Shown here one piece after another: positions 58,407 to 64,000 of a DNA stretch of 64,000 bases (position 1 is its first letter; the number at the start of each line of letters is the position of its first letter). This stretch comes from the human T2T-CHM13v2.0 reference genome, Homo sapiens. The stretch lies in assembly GCF_009914755.1 (NCBI RefSeq), contig NC_060947.1; one strand, written 5' to 3'. Both the position numbers and the translations under genes were made by a program. The notes under the pieces are model-generated. The model did not search any database. It was not told where the DNA came from and saw only the letters and a program-made list of their open reading frames with translations.

Positions 58407-61400
58407 CTATATAATTTTATTAAATTTATTTTTGGTAGTTTGTGTTTTTCTAACGAATTGATCAATTTTTTCTATATTTTTGAATTTATGAGCATACGGT
58501 TGTTCACAGTATTCTCTTATCCATTTAATGCCTGAAAAATCTGTAATGCTATGTCCTTTTTCGTCCCTGATATTGTTTATTTGTTGTCTTCTTTTTTTTA
58601 AGCTGTCAGTTGTGCTTAAGTTTTATCAATTTTGTTGACGGTTTTAAAGAAATAGCTTTCTGTTTAATTGATTTTCCTATTTTATTCCTGCTTTTAATTT
58701 CATTGATTTTTGTTTTTATCGTTATGATTTACTTCCTTCTGTTTGCTTTGGGTTTATTTTTCTCTTCCTTTCTATATTCTTTAGGTAAGAAATTAGGTCT
58801 CTAATTTCAGACATTTCCTTGTTTCTAATGTAAGCATTTAATGGTATAAATTTCTCTCTCAGTATAATGTTAGCTGTATTCCACATGTTTTAACATGTAT
58901 ATTTTCATTTTTATTTAGTTCACATATTTTTTTATTTCCCTTGAGACTACTTCTTCACCCATGAATTATTATGAATTATTTAGAAATGCATAATTTAATT
59001 TCCAATTGTTTAGTTTTTTTGTATTTTGTTATAGTTGCTCCTTTGATTCCATTTTGGTCATACAATGTGTTGTCTACACAACACATTTCAATTCTTTTAA
59101 TTATTTATCAACAATTTCAATTATTTTAAGTTTGGTAAGGTTTGTTTTGTAGTCCATCACATGGTCTATCTTGGTACACGTTCTGTGGACACATGCAATA
59201 AATATATATTCTGCTGTTGTTTAATGAACTATTCTATATGTGTCAATTAGATACTGTTGATTGTTGCATTATTCAGTTATTCTATTATTGAGGATATTAT
59301 GTCTAGAAGTTCTGTCAGTTGCTGAGTGTTTAAATCCAACTATAATTGTAAATAAGTCTATTTCTTCATTCATCTCTATTAGTTTTTGCTTCATGTATTT
59401 GAAAGCGCTATTGTTTCGTTGATACACAGTCAGTATAGGTATATATTTGTGGTGGATTGATACTTGCATAATCATGTAAAGTCCTTCTTTGCCTTTATTT
59501 ACTGTCCTTGCTGTGATCTCTACTTTATACCACATTAATATAACTATTCCTACTTTCTATTTTTAATCGTGGTAAAATACACCTAACATCAAATTTCTAT
59601 CTGAACCAATTTTTATTGTACAATATTGTACAGTTCAGTTGTGTTAAGTATATTCACACAACGAATCCAAGAACTATTGTCACATTGCAAAACTGAAACT
59701 CTATACCCATTGCACAACTCCTCACTTCCTCCTCTTCTAGACCCTGACAAAAACCATTCTACTTTTTGCCTCTTTGAATTTAACTACTCTAGCTACCTCA
59801 TATAATTATAATTTTACAGTATGTGTCTTTTTATGACTGGCTTATTTTATCTAGCATAATGCTCTCAAGGTTCATTTATGTATAATGCCAGAATTTTATT
59901 CTTTGAAAAGGCTTAATAATATTTTATTGTATGTATATACTTCAATTTGCCGATCTATTGATGAACCCTTGGGTTGCTTCTACTTTTTGCCTATTGTGAG
60001 TAAGGTTGCTATGAACATGGGTGTACTGATATATCTTCAAGACTCTGCTTTTAATTGTGTTGAGTATATACCCAGAAGAGGAATTGCTGGCTCATGTGAG
60101 AATTCTATTTTTACTTTTTGAGGAACTACCATACCATTTTTCATAGTTGCCACACCATTTGACATTACTACCAACAATGCGCAAAAGGTTCCGGTTTTTC
60201 TACTTCTTTGTCAGCACTTTTAATTTTCTGTTACTTTGATAGTAGCAATCCTAATGGTTATAAAGTGGTATCTCATTGTGATTTTTATTTGTATTTACTT
60301 AATAATTGGTACTGTTCAGAATCTTTTAATGTGTTTGTTGGTTGTTTGTATATTTTCTTTCCGGAAATGTCTATTTAATTCCTTTGCCTGTTTTTAAGTT
60401 AGGTTGTATTTCATCGTTAAGTTGGAGTTCTTTTCATATTCCGGATATTAACCCCTCATCAGTTATATGCTTTGCAAATTTTTCCCCTATACAGCAGGTT
60501 GTCTTTGGCTCTGTTGATTGCATTCCTTGATGCACTTAAGGTTCTTAATTGTCATACACTCAAATTTATCTATTTTTTTGTTGTCCTTTATTTTTGTGGA
60601 ATAGCAAAAAAATTCATATCTAATAACATGAAGCTTTTCTTCTAAGGGGCTTACAGTTTTAGCACATACATTTAAGTCTTTCATCAATTTTCAATTGATT
60701 TTTTTATATAGTAAGGGTCCAACTTCATTCTTTTGCATGTGAATATCCAACTTTCTCAACATCATTTATTGAAAAGACTGTCTTTCCCCATTAAGAGGTC
60801 TTAGCACCCTTGTCAAAAATAACTTGACCATATATATGAAAGTTTATTTCTGGCCTTTCTATTCCATTTCACTGGTCTATAAGACTTCCTTTATGCCAAT
60901 ACCACACTGTTAAATTACTGTAACTCTGTAATAAGTTTTAACATGAGGAAGTGTGACGTCTCCAGCTTTGTTTTTCTCAAAATTGGTCTGACTATTAAGG
61001 ATCCCTTTAGATTCCATATAAATTTTAGAATAAATTTGGTATTTAAAAAATCATTGGAAAATTTGATAGGAATTACATTAAATTTGTAGATCTCTTTTGC
61101 TGGCATTTCCAGCTTAACAACATTAATTATTCAACTCATGAACATGAATGTCTTTCCATTTATTTGTGTCTGTCTTCCTTAATTTGGGGGGTCAATATTT
61201 TGCAGTTTTCAGTGTAAAAGTATTTTGCCTCCTTGGTGAAGTTTATTTCTAAGTATTTTTTTCATGCTATTATGAAATGGAATTGTTTCCTTAATTTCTT
61301 TTTCTTATTGTTGATTATTGACATAGAGAAATGCACCTAATTTTTTCAAGCTGATTTTATGTTCTGCAACTTCACTGAATTTGTTGATTCATTCCAGAAG

Positions 61401-61630
61401 AGTTTTTGTGTGGCATTTTTAATGTTCTCCATATACAAGATCGTGTAGTCTTAGAAGAAAGATACTCTTACTTTTTCCTTTCCTATTTGGATACCTTTCC
61501 TTTCTTCTTCTTATCCAACTGCTAGTCACTCTTGCTTTTTAAAATTAATATATTCAAGGCATATATTTTCCATTATTTTACTTTCATTCTATCAATGTCA
61601 CATAGTGTGTTTATTTTTGACAGCATACAT

Positions 61631-61928
<298 letters not shown>

Positions 61929-64000
61929 AGACAGCATATTGTTGAATCATTTTTCATCCACACTGTTTATGTATTTTAATTACTATACAAAGACTATTTA
62001 CTTTTAAGGTAATTATTTATATTGATAGTAAAGCTAAATTGTGTCATTTTATTTATTTGCTTTCTGTTTATGTTTCCTGCTTGTCATTCTTCCATTTTTC
62101 TTTGCATACCTTCCTGAGACTTACCTGATTTTTTTTAGAGTTGTATCTTGACTGACTTACAGTGTTTTTGAGTATAGCACATTGTATAGTTTTCTTAGTT
62201 GTTACACTAGATATTACAATATGTAGTTAATCACAGTCTACAGGTATCAACATTTTACCACTTTGAGTGAAGTGTAAAATCCTTACTTGATTTACATCTG
62301 TTTATCCTCCAACATTAAAAATATAATCATATGAAGTCTTTATATACATTGAGCAATATGTGAAATATTGTTTTAATTTTTGCTTCACCATAAAATATAA
62401 CTAAAGAAACTCTCAAAGGCAAGGATATTATATGATATTTATGCCCATTTTAATTTATGCTGATGTTTTTTCTTTTTGAAGTTCCCAGCCTTCTTTTATC
62501 ATTTTCTATTTTATAGATCTTCCTTTAGCCAATCTTTAAGAATGCATTTGCTAGCAAAAACATATAGTTTTTCCTCATCTGACAATATCTTATATTCCCC
62601 TTTATTCTAGAAGAATATTTTTGCTGGAAACAGAATTTCTACTTGGCAATTTTTACAACACCTGAAATGCCCAGTTCCACTTCAAACCGGCCTTCAGAGT
62701 TTTAGAAGAGAAATTCATTGTCATTCAAATGTCTGGGTTCCCATAATAATGTGTCTTTTGTCTCTGGCTGCTCTGAAGATTTTTTATTTGTCTATAGATT
62801 TGAAACCGTAAACTATGATATGTCTTGGCATGTTTTTGTGTGCGTTTGTTCTATTTGGACTTCTCCCAGGCTCCTGAATCTGTAGGTTTATGTGTCCCTG
62901 TACATTTGAGAGGATATATGCATTATTTCTTTAAACACTTTTTTGGTTCCACTTTGTCTCTGATCTCTTTTTGAGATACTGATGATATAAATTTCGTTTT
63001 TTTTTGTTATCCCACAGGGTGCTGAGTAGCTTTTCATTTTTGTTTTCAATTTGTTTTCTTTCTGTTTCTCCGATTGGGTAAATACTATTGATCTGTCCTC
63101 AAGTTCACTGATCCTTTCCTTGTCATCTTGACTCTGGATGAGCCCATTCAGTGAGGTTTTTATTTTTTTTTTTCTAATTTCAGTTATGGTATTTTTCACT
63201 TCTATAATTTTCATTTGTTTTTTATAACATCTTTTTGTGGAGTTCTTTAAAATTAGTAGCTGTTTGTTGAGGTATTTTTGTAACAGCTGATTTAAAGTTG
63301 TCAGTTAGCCTCAACATATGATTCATGTTATGTTGTCCTCTGTTGATTTTGTGCCTGTTCAATTATTGGATGGGCCCTACCAACACCACTCTGACCAAAT
63401 TCGAATGCTGACTCCCACTGTCTTATTAAAGACACATGGAGGAAAGGCTCAGCTCTCTGCTCAGCCTTGCTGATATCATCTCAGTGAAAGTAGGTCACTA
63501 ACACATACCACCACCTTGCCTCCAAATAGGAATGTAAGGTCAGCTCCCTGATGTGTCCTTCTGTCCCCAAGAAGGAGATAAGTAAAGGGCTGACTCTCAT
63601 TGCTTTGTTGCTGCTTTTTGGGTGTGGAAGCTAAACACTCTAGTGAACACAGCTGACACCAAGGGAGGGGAAGGAAGAAAGTGGAGTGCTAATAAACCCC
63701 ACCTTTTAACACCCCATTCTGACCTCACTGATATCAGGCAGGTACAGCAGTTCAGCTCCCCAGTGGGTTCCACTAACACCAGGGATGATTAGAAAGCGAA
63801 CAAGTCAACTGTTTTGTTCAGTTTCATTGACGTGTGGTGGGAGTAGAAGCTCAGCTCTCCGCTAGTCCCCACTAACAGAAATGAGTGGTGGTGAAGTATA
63901 GTGGTGAATAACACTGCCTTGCACAGCTTCATGAAGTCTGATTGCTACTATGTGAGTTTAGAAGCTCATCTAGCCTCTGAGTACTATTGCCATTACATAC

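Overview
Primate, almost certainly human, X-chromosome DNA (Xq27.3-like, from the CXorf51 genes). It is AT-rich and mostly L1, MaLR (THE1/MST/MLT), Alu, L2 and MIR relics. The main structure is a large palindrome centred at ~53793.5. The arms are >=9.8 kb each (43586-53393 and 54194-64000, the right arm cut by the window edge) and ~99.8% identical by eye. Each arm carries one copy of a two-exon, 108-aa Lys/Arg-rich gene (CXorf51A/B), arranged tail-to-tail. The arms are joined by a ~934-bp alternating purine-pyrimidine (TA/CA/TG) array that is itself built from nested mini-palindromes. Both arms contain the same human-specific AluYb insertion, which points to recent arm-to-arm gene conversion or a recent palindrome origin. 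The left part holds two older rearrangement fossils (an inversion with a ~540-bp inverted duplication at 2.8-4.7 kb, and a ~345-bp templated insertion at 17.7 kb), two twin-primed L1s and two full-length THE1/MST proviruses. Almost all supplied ORFs are repeat-derived or chance; the real CDSs are spliced and absent from the ORF track. Repeat subfamily calls are from recall of consensus sequences and need RepeatMasker confirmation.
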